IMG/VR virus record: IMGVR_UViG_3300023174_000075
Span: 32,001-96,000 of that record
DNA length: 64,000 nt
Direction: 5' to 3' (one strand)
Source of the DNA: a virus
Shown here: positions 48,825 through 57,950 of the stretch, in pieces
Layout: each line of letters starts with the position of its first letter
Position numbering within the stretch: the first letter of the stretch is position 1
The notes under the pieces: model-generated
What the model saw: the letters and a program-made list of their open reading frames with translations, nothing else
Databases searched by the model: none
What the model was told of the DNA's origin: nothing
Program-made: the position numbers and the translations under genes

Positions 48825-49475
48825 CTAGCCGCATTTTGGTCTACCACGCTTACCACCTGATCTAGCTGATCGAGCAACCGTCTCTCTGGCCCTAGCATCT
48901 ATCGTGGCTTGGTCCAGTGGACGTCTACCGCGCTTACCACCTGTAGGTGCTTTCGGTGTCTTTGGTGTCGACACCGTACTCTTCGGACGCCCACGCTTAC
49001 CGCCGGACTTCTCCGCTCGCGTCACTTTATCCGTCTCACGTTGCGCTTTAAGTGCTGGGTCCATCGCCGGACGTCCCCTACGAGCACCCTCCACGCGCGC
49101 GGCCTTAACCTTCTCATCACGCTCAATACTCCTCACACGAGCCTTCTCATCGCGTTCCTCCTTACGCTCCATCAGATCGAGTGCTTGACGGTGCTTGACA
49201 ACCGCTGGGTGAACGATTACTTGATCCAGCTCATAATATCTGCGGCTGCCGCCCTCAGCCGATATCTCAAAACCACCGTTTGGAAAAAAACGACTCTCAC
49301 CTGGTTCATGACGCTTGATCATTTCAAAACGTCCACCGCGCTCAAAAAAGAACGGTGCTGGTAATACCCTCACTCCGGACTCGTACGCCTGGAGTACTGG
49401 ATCGATGTCTGTATAAAAAGGTATGGTACCAATCTTATGACCACCCACTATAAAATCCCGTTCTGCTAATTGCAT
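48825..49475 (-). CDS. Protein with four C-terminal AT-hook-like motifs
   Basis: RRGRP, KRGRPK, KRGRRP, KRGRPK. Confidence 0.8.
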   Translation of the reverse strand: MQLAERDFIVGGHKIGTIPFYTDIDPVLQAYESGVRVLPAPFFFERGGRFEMIKRHEPGESRFFPNGGFEISAEGGSRRYYELDQVIVHPAVVKHRQALDLMERKEERDEKARVRSIERDEKVKAARVEGARRGRPAMDPALKAQRETDKVTRAEKSGGKRGRPKSTVSTPKTPKAPTGGKRGRRPLDQATIDARARETVARSARSGGKRGRPKCG

Positions 49476-49559
49476 ATAATATGTTTTGGTTGATATGAAG
49501 ATACGAATGGGGCTGTGCCTAAGCACACCCCCGATTCATCATTAACCAAAAAACTATCT

Positions 49560-49799
49560 TTATTCGTCGCCGTATCCAATTGGGTTCACTGGAACGAAGT
49601 GCGACGCAAATTTCTTCTTACTAACGGCTTTACCGTAACCTCTTCTATTGATTGAATGCATGTAATAAAAATCCCTCCACTCACTCATCATGTAGTAACG
49701 CTGTCCACGACGTACCCTACTACCCATATGATCAGTAAATCCAATATAACATTCGTACGTAACACCTGATTGTGCTTTAATAACAAAATTTTTACTCAT
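49560..49799 (-). CDS. Hypothetical early protein
   Basis: 79 aa with its own promoter. Confidence 0.7.
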   Translation of the reverse strand: MSKNFVIKAQSGVTYECYIGFTDHMGSRVRRGQRYYMMSEWRDFYYMHSINRRGYGKAVSKKKFASHFVPVNPIGYGDE

Positions 49800-49852
49800 T
49801 TTAATTGTTTTTGGTTAACATAAATTTAATACAATTGTTGTGCCAAATAAAA

Positions 49853-50068
49853 TTAATCTTTAAATAAATCTTTCAAACTACCTTTTATTTTACCTGCAAC
49901 AATAGTAATGGCTAGTGCTATAAAAAACGCTTTCACTATCACCCATAAAAAACCAAATATTGTATTTCTCAGTAAAAAAGCTACAACACAAAAAACTACA
50001 AACAAAATTAAATAAACAATTGATATTGGATCAACTGGATCTATTGGTGTGTCTAAGTATAAAAACAT
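49853..50068 (-). CDS. Small membrane protein
   Basis: Two TM helices, own promoter. Confidence 0.65.
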   Translation of the reverse strand: MFLYLDTPIDPVDPISIVYLILFVVFCVVAFLLRNTIFGFLWVIVKAFFIALAITIVAGKIKGSLKDLFKD

Positions 50069-50358
50069 AACTAATTGTTTTTGGTTGACGTAAATATAAC
50101 AACAAAACTTTGCCCAACAAATCGTATATACTTTTTGTAGTAAAAAATAGGTGTGGTTGGGTACAATGAAAGTGGATTGAACACATCATCACATGTCACC
50201 CACTCATAACCCGTTCCACATACAATACACGTTATGCTCCGACCTAATCAATAAAAAAAGAACTACAATTACACATTACTCTTGTTTGTCACACATTATG
50301 TTACAAAAACGTGTGAAAAAAACGCGTTATCTGTTGCGTAAAAGCGCGTTACTTCGCA

Positions 50359-50514
50359 TTACTCTTCTATCGCAATCAACACTACGCTTGTAAAAAACGC
50401 CAAATAAACCGATGCCTTCATCCACCACTCAGCCTCACCTACACACATACCCCAATATATTATCCCCCATATACCTGTCGTTGCTATTAATTTTAGCCAT
50501 TTCTTCTTATTCAT
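50359..50514 (-). CDS. Small membrane protein (51 aa, not in ORF track)
   Basis: MNKKKWLKLIATTGIWGIIYWGMC...LIAIEE*. Confidence 0.55.
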   Translation of the reverse strand: MNKKKWLKLIATTGIWGIIYWGMCVGEAEWWMKASVYLAFFTSVVLIAIEE

Positions 50515-50525
50515 ATATCTATTAT

Positions 50526-50894
50526 TTATATTTTATTTTTACCGAACACATTATGATCCTGTGCCTCGTCGTTCGCTGAGTTATTATTATTCTGAGTATC
50601 TATTACCCTATATTCCCCATTCACTATCCTATCATCTTCTGTAAATCCTGCTCCGTCATATTCAGGTTCATCACTATCCACATTCCATTCATCCACTGTT
50701 ACATCAAACCCCCATTCATCATCTTCCTCACTTATTTTATTCAGTTCATATTCATCAATAATTTCCCTACATATACCAACTAAGCGATCTCTATATCCTT
50801 TTTCTCTACCATCTAATCTATCATTCATAGCGTCTAAACAATCAAGTAAATCACGGTATGTGTTTTCGAATCTGCAGTAAGACATGTTTGCCAT
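50526..50894 (-). CDS. Hypothetical acidic early protein
   Basis: MANMSYCRFENTYRDL.DC. Confidence 0.75.
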   Translation of the reverse strand: MANMSYCRFENTYRDLLDCLDAMNDRLDGREKGYRDRLVGICREIIDEYELNKISEEDDEWGFDVTVDEWNVDSDEPEYDGAGFTEDDRIVNGEYRVIDTQNNNNSANDEAQDHNVFGKNKI

Positions 50895-50961
50895 TTTTAT
50901 GTTTGTTTAATTGGTTAAATAATTTATTATGTAGTGAATATACGACTATTACTTTGCCAAT

Positions 50962-51261
50962 CTAGCGTTCATATGCTTCATATATCTCTCTCTTAGCCTG
51001 TTCTGTTATTGCTTTACTCATTCCACCTATATGAAACTCAATTATTTCATGTTCATGTAGTATTCTATATTCTTTCCAACTATACACAGTGAACACATTA
51101 CCATCACTTGTCTCCATTTCCCACTCATAATTAACCTTATCCATACCTGTATTATCAACACATACTGGTTCTCCTAATAACTTATTTAATGTGTGAATTG
51201 TAGTACCGATTGTTGTGTCGTGAAATGATGTACCGCCTGTTGATTTGTTTGTTTTACGCAT
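50962..51261 (-). CDS. Hypothetical early protein
   Basis: TSFH...LGEP...KVNYEW..FTVYSWK. Confidence 0.75.
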   Translation of the reverse strand: MRKTNKSTGGTSFHDTTIGTTIHTLNKLLGEPVCVDNTGMDKVNYEWEMETSDGNVFTVYSWKEYRILHEHEIIEFHIGGMSKAITEQAKREIYEAYER

Positions 51262-51296
51262 GTTTTAATTTTTTGGTTAATGTGAATATATGAACA

Positions 51297-51497
51297 CTAC
51301 TCTGCCACTTCAATCTCTACTGATTCAAGTATTTCTACAGCAACAAATTTGCCGTTATTTGCTACAATCCCATCGTATATAGCTTTTGCTTTATTCCGAT
51401 CAAATTCTAAGCTATTAGTAACAAATTTACCATCAACTTGGGTAAAATAGGTTGTTAAGCGATTTGCGTTTATTTCTTTAACGAATTCAATTTTCAT
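51297..51497 (-). CDS. Hypothetical early protein
   Basis: Own promoter cassette. Confidence 0.7.
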   Translation of the reverse strand: MKIEFVKEINANRLTTYFTQVDGKFVTNSLEFDRNKAKAIYDGIVANNGKFVAVEILESVEIEVAE

Positions 51498-51534
51498 AAT
51501 TATTTATTTTTTGGTTAACGTAAATTTACGATTA

Positions 51535-51804
51535 TTACTTTACCTCTTTCACTCTAAATGGAGCTGGTTTTTTCCATACTTTCCCCATTTCATCATAGGT
51601 AGTATATGTTGACTCATGTGTATTCTTATTATAATACGGCTTTTGGTAACATATATTTGAGTATATGATATTTTTCTTATTTAATGAATTCCTCCATATA
51701 GCAAGTACTTCCGTTAATGTTTCACATTCAACTATTAACTTATCTTTTTTGTTAATTGAATCGTTAATACGTGTCATTACTGCGTAGAATCTCTTATTTT
51801 TCAT
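51535..51804 (-). CDS. Hypothetical early protein
   Basis: Own promoter cassette. Confidence 0.7.
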   Translation of the reverse strand: MKNKRFYAVMTRINDSINKKDKLIVECETLTEVLAIWRNSLNKKNIIYSNICYQKPYYNKNTHESTYTTYDEMGKVWKKPAPFRVKEVK

Positions 51805-51838
51805 GTTTGTATTTTTGGTTAACGTGAATATACGATCA

Positions 51839-52114
51839 TTACTTTGCCAATGTTACTAAAGCAATTGGTACATTAAGTGAATTACCATATTGGCTTCTAA
51901 CTGTGGCTCGTTTGCGTCTGATTTCTGTAATGGTGAATATTACTCCTTGTGTTCTGGTATGATTGACTGTTACTTTGGAGCCGACCTTAATTTGGTCCTT
52001 AATATCTTCAATTTTTTCGTTTTGCCTACCCCTAAGAATACCAACAATCATATTGTTCATTGCTCGTAGATCTTCGGTACTCATTGCGGTGTAATCGCTC
52101 ATTTTTAATTTCAT
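51839..52114 (-). CDS. Hypothetical early protein (KOW/SH3-like C-terminus)
   Basis: IKVGSKVTV...ITEIRRKRATV. Confidence 0.7.
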   Translation of the reverse strand: MKLKMSDYTAMSTEDLRAMNNMIVGILRGRQNEKIEDIKDQIKVGSKVTVNHTRTQGVIFTITEIRRKRATVRSQYGNSLNVPIALVTLAK

Positions 52115-52141
52115 AACTATTAATTTTTGGTTAACGTGAAT

Positions 52142-52378
52142 TTACGACTTGAGTTTTGCCTCCAAGTACATGTCATCAAAATTTTCCCATTTATTATCAA
52201 CTAATACTAATACTTTATCACCTGTTTCTTCCTTAGCAATCATTGTAAAACCAAATCCTTCACATATATATGCTACTCCATATCCTGGTGTTAGTTTAGC
52301 CCATTCTTCATATACATCAAAGTCACCATCAAAGCCCATATCATTTACGTTACAATATTGTTTACTGAAATCTGCCAT
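52142..52378 (-). CDS. Hypothetical early protein
   Basis: MADFSKQYC...ICEGFG. Confidence 0.7.
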   Translation of the reverse strand: MADFSKQYCNVNDMGFDGDFDVYEEWAKLTPGYGVAYICEGFGFTMIAKEETGDKVLVLVDNKWENFDDMYLEAKLKS

Positions 52379-52426
52379 AATTATTTTATTTTTGGTTAGT
52401 GGAAATATACGTAGGAAGCAGTGCCG

Positions 52427-52744
52427 TTAGGCATCTGCTTTATTATTTTCAATATAATTTTCTAATGCATCCCTAACTGCTGCTTTAATTTTACCTTCAT
52501 TTAGATCAATACTGTCTAATTCAACTTCTCTGTAACTCATACTTAATTCATAATCATCTACTATATCTGTTCCTTCACTAGATAATGCTTCTGATATATC
52601 TTCACTTAATGTTTTAACCATTTCATCTGATATTTCAAATGAACCTGATTCTTCAATGTCAGTAATCATTTTAATAACTTGTTCTACTGAATAGAATCCT
52701 GGTAATTGTTTTCCTAATAAGTCAATTGTTTCTTGCTTTGTCAT
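52427..52744 (-). CDS. Hypothetical acidic early protein
   Basis: Own promoter cassette. Confidence 0.7.
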   Translation of the reverse strand: MTKQETIDLLGKQLPGFYSVEQVIKMITDIEESGSFEISDEMVKTLSEDISEALSSEGTDIVDDYELSMSYREVELDSIDLNEGKIKAAVRDALENYIENNKADA

Positions 52745-52797
52745 GATTTTTTTATTTTTGATTTAATTAATAATTGTATAACGTGAATGTACGAACA

Positions 52798-53088
52798 CTA
52801 TTTTGCCGTCAACATTTCTTTTACCTTAACAAAATAATCTTCTATTTCCTTAACAAATTCAAGTGCACGGGATTTAGTTTTTGCATATGCAAAGAACTGG
52901 CAGTATTCGCTATCGAAATCTATTCCTTTGCAGTTAATTTTTGCTTGAATAAATTCTTCTACTTCATATGCACCATCAAATTCTTTCATTGTTTCTGATT
53001 TGAGTAGTTTACCTGTAATGGTGAATTGATCATCCCAGTCATATTTTTCGACTGATAATCCAAGTGGTGATTTGTAAATGCTTTGCAT
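52798..53088 (-). CDS. Hypothetical early protein
   Basis: Own promoter cassette. Confidence 0.7.
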   Translation of the reverse strand: MQSIYKSPLGLSVEKYDWDDQFTITGKLLKSETMKEFDGAYEVEEFIQAKINCKGIDFDSEYCQFFAYAKTKSRALEFVKEIEDYFVKVKEMLTAK

Positions 53089-53124
53089 AACTAATTATTT
53101 TTGGTTAATGTGAATATATGAATA

Positions 53125-53325
53125 CTACTGTGCCTTCCAATCGCCATCTTCATCCATCCATTCAGACCAATCATTGAGAATGGCTTCATCTGTTATACCA
53201 ACATAATCTTCAAATGAACTATAAGCTAATATACAATCAATGTAATTATCAATATAACCAATTGGTATATCACCTTCTGCTGTTAATACATCTCTAATGC
53301 GTTGTTCTATTTGTTCTTGTGTCAT
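53125..53325 (-). CDS. Hypothetical acidic early protein
   Basis: Own promoter cassette. Confidence 0.65.
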   Translation of the reverse strand: MTQEQIEQRIRDVLTAEGDIPIGYIDNYIDCILAYSSFEDYVGITDEAILNDWSEWMDEDGDWKAQ

Positions 53326-53366
53326 AATTATTTATTTATGTAGTGAATGTAGGAAAGAAGTAGTGC

Positions 53367-53807
53367 CTAATAAACTCGTTTCCAATTCAAATCAATACCT
53401 GTTTTTATTCTATGACAATTACAGCATCGTATTTCACATTTTCTTATTTCTTCCTTTATTGCCTGGATAGATGCAGTATGACCACACATGATTTTTACTC
53501 CTCTCTTTTTCTTTCCACGTACATGATCAAATTCTAATACCCTAATATCTTTATGTCCACAATCGGTACACTCCCCAAATCTCCTAAGGTATCGTTTTAC
53601 GAATTCGAAATTTCTATCCTTGATTAATTCATTATTAACCATGTTTCTCTTAATTACATGGTCCTTTTTTTCAGCGTATCTTACTTTAATTTTTTTAATA
53701 ACGCATTCCTTACAATAATGTTGATAACCTGTTTTGTTTGATGATTGTTTGTGAAATTGGGTTATGTCTAATTCTTTAGAGCAAGCACCACATACTTTTG
53801 TTTCCAT
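53367..53807 (-). CDS. HNH endonuclease with zinc fingers
   Basis: CGAC..CKEC; CTDCG..VLEFDHV...CEIRCCNCHRIKT. Confidence 0.88.
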   Translation of the reverse strand: METKVCGACSKELDITQFHKQSSNKTGYQHYCKECVIKKIKVRYAEKKDHVIKRNMVNNELIKDRNFEFVKRYLRRFGECTDCGHKDIRVLEFDHVRGKKKRGVKIMCGHTASIQAIKEEIRKCEIRCCNCHRIKTGIDLNWKRVY

Positions 53808-53848
53808 ATTTTATCCATTTCCAATAAATATGGGAGAGATGAAGAGAA

Positions 53849-54661
53849 TTATATCTCTTCAACCTCTTCTCTAAGAACACCATACGAAATACTTCCATTC
53901 TCTAATTGGTAACCAAACTTAACTCCAACATTACCATTACGATTCTTTTCAAACATAATATATGTTCCACCTCCATCACGTTCACTTTCACGACGCATAA
54001 CACCCATAGCATCAAACAAATGCTTCAATTTATTACTACCTACGAATTCGCCTTGTTTAGTTACTTGCTGAATGGCTAGAAACGATGTATATTTTCTTTC
54101 TGTGTTCTCACCCTTGTTATGCTTAACACATATATCAACAAACCATGCTTCAGCGGTTTTTCTATCCCAACCATTATCATCACGTACACCATCAATAATT
54201 TCAGCAGCACTATCAATTAGAATCAAATCCCATCCTTGTGCTAATACTTGTTCAAACACATCTTTAGTATTATACTCAAGATAATCCGCCATGAATAATG
54301 TCTTAACAAATCCGAATTGTGGGAAGCGTTCTGTGTATTTGAACATTTGCTTACGTCCCATTTCACCACTAATAAACAAACACTTACGTTGTTTATTATG
54401 ATTCTGGACCATAGCTAACACATCAAGTAATACTGTAGTTTTACCTACACCAGGATCTCCAATCATCATATAATTTGATGCACATGGAATACCTCCTTCC
54501 TCACTGAATAACTGATTAATAACTTCGCTTTCTGTCTCCATTGATTCAAGCATTCGCCTATCAATGTTTAATTGATTTAGCATTGTAATTTGTCCGAAAT
54601 CAATCAATGACGGAACATGAACTACATTTTGCACTTTGGCTGGTCTGCCTCTTTTTTTCAT
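53849..54661 (-). CDS. RadA/Sms-like RecA-fold ATPase with N-terminal AT-hook
   Basis: MKKRGRP; GDPGVGKTT; FISGEM; LIDS; GSNKLKH..D; KNRNG. Confidence 0.85.
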   Translation of the reverse strand: MKKRGRPAKVQNVVHVPSLIDFGQITMLNQLNIDRRMLESMETESEVINQLFSEEGGIPCASNYMMIGDPGVGKTTVLLDVLAMVQNHNKQRKCLFISGEMGRKQMFKYTERFPQFGFVKTLFMADYLEYNTKDVFEQVLAQGWDLILIDSAAEIIDGVRDDNGWDRKTAEAWFVDICVKHNKGENTERKYTSFLAIQQVTKQGEFVGSNKLKHLFDAMGVMRRESERDGGGTYIMFEKNRNGNVGVKFGYQLENGSISYGVLREEVEEI

Positions 54662-54708
54662 AACTTATTATTTTTTGGTTAACGTGAATATACGATTGTT
54701 ATTTTGCC

Positions 54709-54897
54709 CTACACATTTTCTTCTAGGTAAGTAATTATGGCTGTTTCTAAATCACCCTTAACTACTTCACCACTTTCATCATACACATCATATTGTGTGT
54801 AACCTAAACTAACACTATCTTCTAGCATTGTAACGCTATACATTTCTTCGTTATACTCAACATCGTATGTTGTTTCTTTTTGTATTAATTGTACCAT
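54709..54897 (-). CDS. Hypothetical early protein
   Basis: 62 aa with its own promoter. Confidence 0.65.
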   Translation of the reverse strand: MVQLIQKETTYDVEYNEEMYSVTMLEDSVSLGYTQYDVYDESGEVVKGDLETAIITYLEENV

Positions 54898-54969
54898 AAC
54901 TTTTTATTTGAAATAAAGATAGGTAAAGCATTTTGCCTTACCCATCATTATAACCAAAAATCGAAATCA

Positions 54970-55137
54970 TTATTTAACCCATTCATCCATAGCCACTTGC
55001 ATTGCTTGTGCTGGAGTAATGGCATCATCTTCTCTCATTGTTTTAAGAGCTTCATAAATTACTTCTACTTCTAGACCATGTTCCATTGCTTCGTCTAATA
55101 GAACACTTATTACTTTCATGTCTGTTTGTGCGCTCAT
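54970..55137 (-). CDS. Hypothetical protein (55 aa, not in ORF track)
   Basis: MSAQTDMKVISVLLDEAMEHGLEVEV...EWVK*; ATATTTAT upstream. Confidence 0.65.
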   Translation of the reverse strand: MSAQTDMKVISVLLDEAMEHGLEVEVIYEALKTMREDDAITPAQAMQVAMDEWVK

Positions 55138-55169
55138 TTTATTTTATTTTTACTCATAAATATAATATA

Positions 55170-55448
55170 TTATGCTTTCCCTACAGGTCCTGTATAGTAT
55201 AGTTTACCTGCATTTAATTTGGGATCTTGTTCAACTAGATATTTAAGTATTTCTATATGTTGCAAAATCATTTCATCATGTTGTGATTTATATCTCATCA
55301 ACTCAATTATTTCTTTATTTTGTTGATGTTGTTCTTTATCTATTAGTGATAATTGTTTATTTAGAGTTCCAATCATACTACTCAACATTATTACAAAAAG
55401 AAATAATATCGCTACAACAAAACTCAGTATTACTATTGCTATTACCAT
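55170..55448 (-). CDS. Membrane-anchored coiled-coil protein
   Basis: N-terminal TM helix. Confidence 0.65.
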   Translation of the reverse strand: MVIAIVILSFVVAILFLFVIMLSSMIGTLNKQLSLIDKEQHQQNKEIIELMRYKSQHDEMILQHIEILKYLVEQDPKLNAGKLYYTGPVGKA

Positions 55449-55627
55449 GTTTGATTTTTATCGTTTTGTTTTTTCTTTATTTCAATCCATCTTAATTGAT
55501 CTTCTAATGTAACAAGTTCATTGAATTGTCTTTCCATTAGTGGTTTTTCCTTTTTCTTTTTAAAAAAATTCCTATCTACCCGTTTGTCTGCTTTTGATTG
55601 TGCATCGTCCTTAGTTTGGATTGCCAT
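55442..55627 (-). CDS. Hypothetical basic protein
   Basis: 61-aa ORF. Confidence 0.6.
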   Translation of the reverse strand: MAIQTKDDAQSKADKRVDRNFFKKKKEKPLMERQFNELVTLEDQLRWIEIKKKQNDKNQTW

Positions 55628-55649
55628 ATGTTATTTGGTTTAGTTTAAA

Positions 55650-55940
55650 TTATAAAGAATATTTTGCCCTCCAAAACTGCCACCACTTTTTCTTTTTAGG
55701 TGGTTGACAAGCCGAAAAGGGGTTGTGACCAAATGATACTCTACCATAATATTTAGATGTTAGTATATTTAGAAACACTTCACGATATTGTTCAGGAATA
55801 GTTTCAAAATTAGCTATCATCTTAACTTCTAAATCATGTGATCCATTTTCAGTTAACAATGTTATTGTCTCATTTAATTCAACATTTGTAGATGTTTGTA
55901 TTGTTAAATTATTACCACCACCTAAAAATATTTCAGCCAT
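55650..55940 (-). CDS. Hypothetical protein (KKWWQFW C-terminal motif)
   Basis: 96-aa ORF. Confidence 0.65.
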   Translation of the reverse strand: MAEIFLGGGNNLTIQTSTNVELNETITLLTENGSHDLEVKMIANFETIPEQYREVFLNILTSKYYGRVSFGHNPFSACQPPKKKKWWQFWRAKYSL

Positions 55941-55941
55941 A

Positions 55942-56499
55942 TTACGAATTTAAGTATAAACGATTGTGATTATATTCTGCTACAGCATTACCTTCAGCTA
56001 ATATACCATAAGTATATTTTATATGCTCATACATTTCATCTAATGATCTTTCAGATACACTACCTAATTCTTTAGCAAAATAATCATTTGATTCTGTTAC
56101 TATATCTTGTGGTGTACCTGGTAAACCACAATAATTTGCTTCACCTACTTCTGATATAAACATTCCACTGTATAAACCTTTTAAATTATATGTTTCAACA
56201 AATTTATCTGCGTTGCACCAAATGAATATACATTCCTTATTTTGCAACAAAGGAACTGTAGAGTGACCAATAATCATTCCTTGCATTCCGAACTGTCCTA
56301 TAGCAAATAATCCTTGTGGTGAACCATGACCCATCATCATAATACGATCATGTTGTTCGATTTGTTCATCTACTTCATATTTACTTCCACTTCTAATGAT
56401 TGTTACATCATTAAAATCAGGAAATGATTTAAGATTCATGTAAATAGGGATTAAAAAATCCGTTGAACTGTCTTGTGGATGTATTACTAATGTTTTCAT
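55942..56499 (-). CDS. Hypothetical protein, possible caspase/gingipain-like His-Cys peptidase
   Basis: IMMMGHGS...IFIWCNA. Confidence 0.6.
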   Translation of the reverse strand: MKTLVIHPQDSSTDFLIPIYMNLKSFPDFNDVTIIRSGSKYEVDEQIEQHDRIMMMGHGSPQGLFAIGQFGMQGMIIGHSTVPLLQNKECIFIWCNADKFVETYNLKGLYSGMFISEVGEANYCGLPGTPQDIVTESNDYFAKELGSVSERSLDEMYEHIKYTYGILAEGNAVAEYNHNRLYLNS

Positions 56500-56530
56500 A
56501 ACCTTTTTATTTGAATTGAATATACAATTG

Positions 56531-56863
56531 TTATTTTGCCAACTTATCTAAATCTTCTTTTAATCGTCTATGAAATGATTCCTCACTATCATCACAACTA
56601 ACCAACCAATCAATACGTTGAGCATATACCTGAGCTTTTCTAAGTATATCTAAACCTTTCTTAAATTCCTCGATGACATCATCTGGGTATGCGTAGTGAT
56701 TCAAATCTTCAGGATGCGTTTCATACCATGAATTATCTCTGCCCCAACTATCTCGCAATTCTTCCTGCGTTTTGGGTTTACCGCTGTTGAGTATTATTTG
56801 CTCAACTTCATCAGCAATCATGCCGATGTTATACTGTTTGTAGTCAAATGCTCCTCCGCTCAT
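56531..56863 (-). CDS. Hypothetical protein
   Basis: MSGGAFDY...RIDWLVS.DD. Confidence 0.75.
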   Translation of the reverse strand: MSGGAFDYKQYNIGMIADEVEQIILNSGKPKTQEELRDSWGRDNSWYETHPEDLNHYAYPDDVIEEFKKGLDILRKAQVYAQRIDWLVSCDDSEESFHRRLKEDLDKLAK

Positions 56864-57093
56864 GGTATTTGGTTTATATATAATTGTTGATGATTAGATC
56901 TAGTTAATATATCTTTTACTTCAGTCCAAAACTCATATCCTCTATCTGCTCCCATATAACCTAATACTTCATCGCAGATACTAATAGCAATGTCCTTAGC
57001 TGTTATATAATTCTTTTCGTGTGATAACTCAAAACACCATCTCATGTATGCTAGGGTATATAGCTCCTGTGCTTTATTCTGCGCTGTTATCAT
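56860..57093 (-). CDS. Hypothetical protein
   Basis: 77-aa ORF. Confidence 0.65.
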   Translation of the reverse strand: MITAQNKAQELYTLAYMRWCFELSHEKNYITAKDIAISICDEVLGYMGADRGYEFWTEVKDILTRSNHQQLYINQIP

Positions 57094-57631
57094 TTTCTAA
57101 TCTATTTAATTCTGCTTTTAAATTTTCAACACAATATCCTTTATCGTATTTAGTATTTGGATCTAATACCTTAATTTGATCAGCCAAATCTTCCCTAAGA
57201 CCATCGTTATAAAACTTATGTTCAATAGCATCAGCTAGGTCTTGCATTTGATCAGTTCCATATACTGATATTCTTAGATCATACCAATCCCATTTAGTTT
57301 TATAGTCAGTGAGTTGAATACCTTTAGTTAAGCGTTGTTCTAAATTATATAATGTTCTATTTCTTACTCTAACAATTGAATTATCACTACCAAATAAATG
57401 TAAAAAACGTAATACCCACCTTGGACACCATTTAGATTTAGCTTTATGGTCCATGAATATAACTAGTGGTTCCATTGCTTTGAATATATCTCCATCTTCA
57501 TTCCAAGGTACTGAACCTAGATATCTATATCTTTCATGGAAGTTTTTTGGGAAAAACACAGCACGGATATCATCTAATGTGATGTCTCTGGTGTGAATGT
57601 ATTTACGTTTTTTACCTTTAAATATTATCAT
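57074..57631 (-). CDS. Hypothetical protein
   Basis: 185-aa ORF. Confidence 0.7.
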   Translation of the reverse strand: MIIFKGKKRKYIHTRDITLDDIRAVFFPKNFHERYRYLGSVPWNEDGDIFKAMEPLVIFMDHKAKSKWCPRWVLRFLHLFGSDNSIVRVRNRTLYNLEQRLTKGIQLTDYKTKWDWYDLRISVYGTDQMQDLADAIEHKFYNDGLREDLADQIKVLDPNTKYDKGYCVENLKAELNRLENDNSAE

Positions 57632-57661
57632 AATGTGAATGTACGATTATTATTTTGCCTA

Positions 57662-57949
57662 CTAGTAATTTTCATCACAATCATAACAATTATCTTCATA
57701 TGATTCAAGTAATGAATCTAATTCATTTTCACATTTATCCGCAATGTGATATGATTTTCCTACCTCAAACATAATATCACTAATATTCTCTTCACCTTTT
57801 AAACCATCCAATGCGCGTCTAATATCCGCTAAATCAGATGAAATGTTTTTAAGTGTTTGTAATTGCTCATTAGTTAAAATGTTTGCTTTAGGAGTTGCTT
57901 TAATCATTTCCTGTAATTCTTGTACTGTTGTTTTTTTCTTTGTTGCCAT
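57662..57949 (-). CDS. Hypothetical protein
   Basis: 95-aa ORF. Confidence 0.65.
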   Translation of the reverse strand: MATKKKTTVQELQEMIKATPKANILTNEQLQTLKNISSDLADIRRALDGLKGEENISDIMFEVGKSYHIADKCENELDSLLESYEDNCYDCDENY

Positions 57950-57950
57950 T

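Noticed and set aside
46800-55000. Regularly recurring repeat as a CRISPR array or integron attC array
   Set aside because: Repeats are degenerate, separated by whole genes of 200-800 bp, lack attC-like dyad structure, and no cas or integrase gene is present. A promoter interpretation fits better.
47450-57659. GGCA box as a sigma-54 (-24/-12) promoter
   Set aside because: The required TTGC -12 element is absent; the downstream element is TAnATTCAC.
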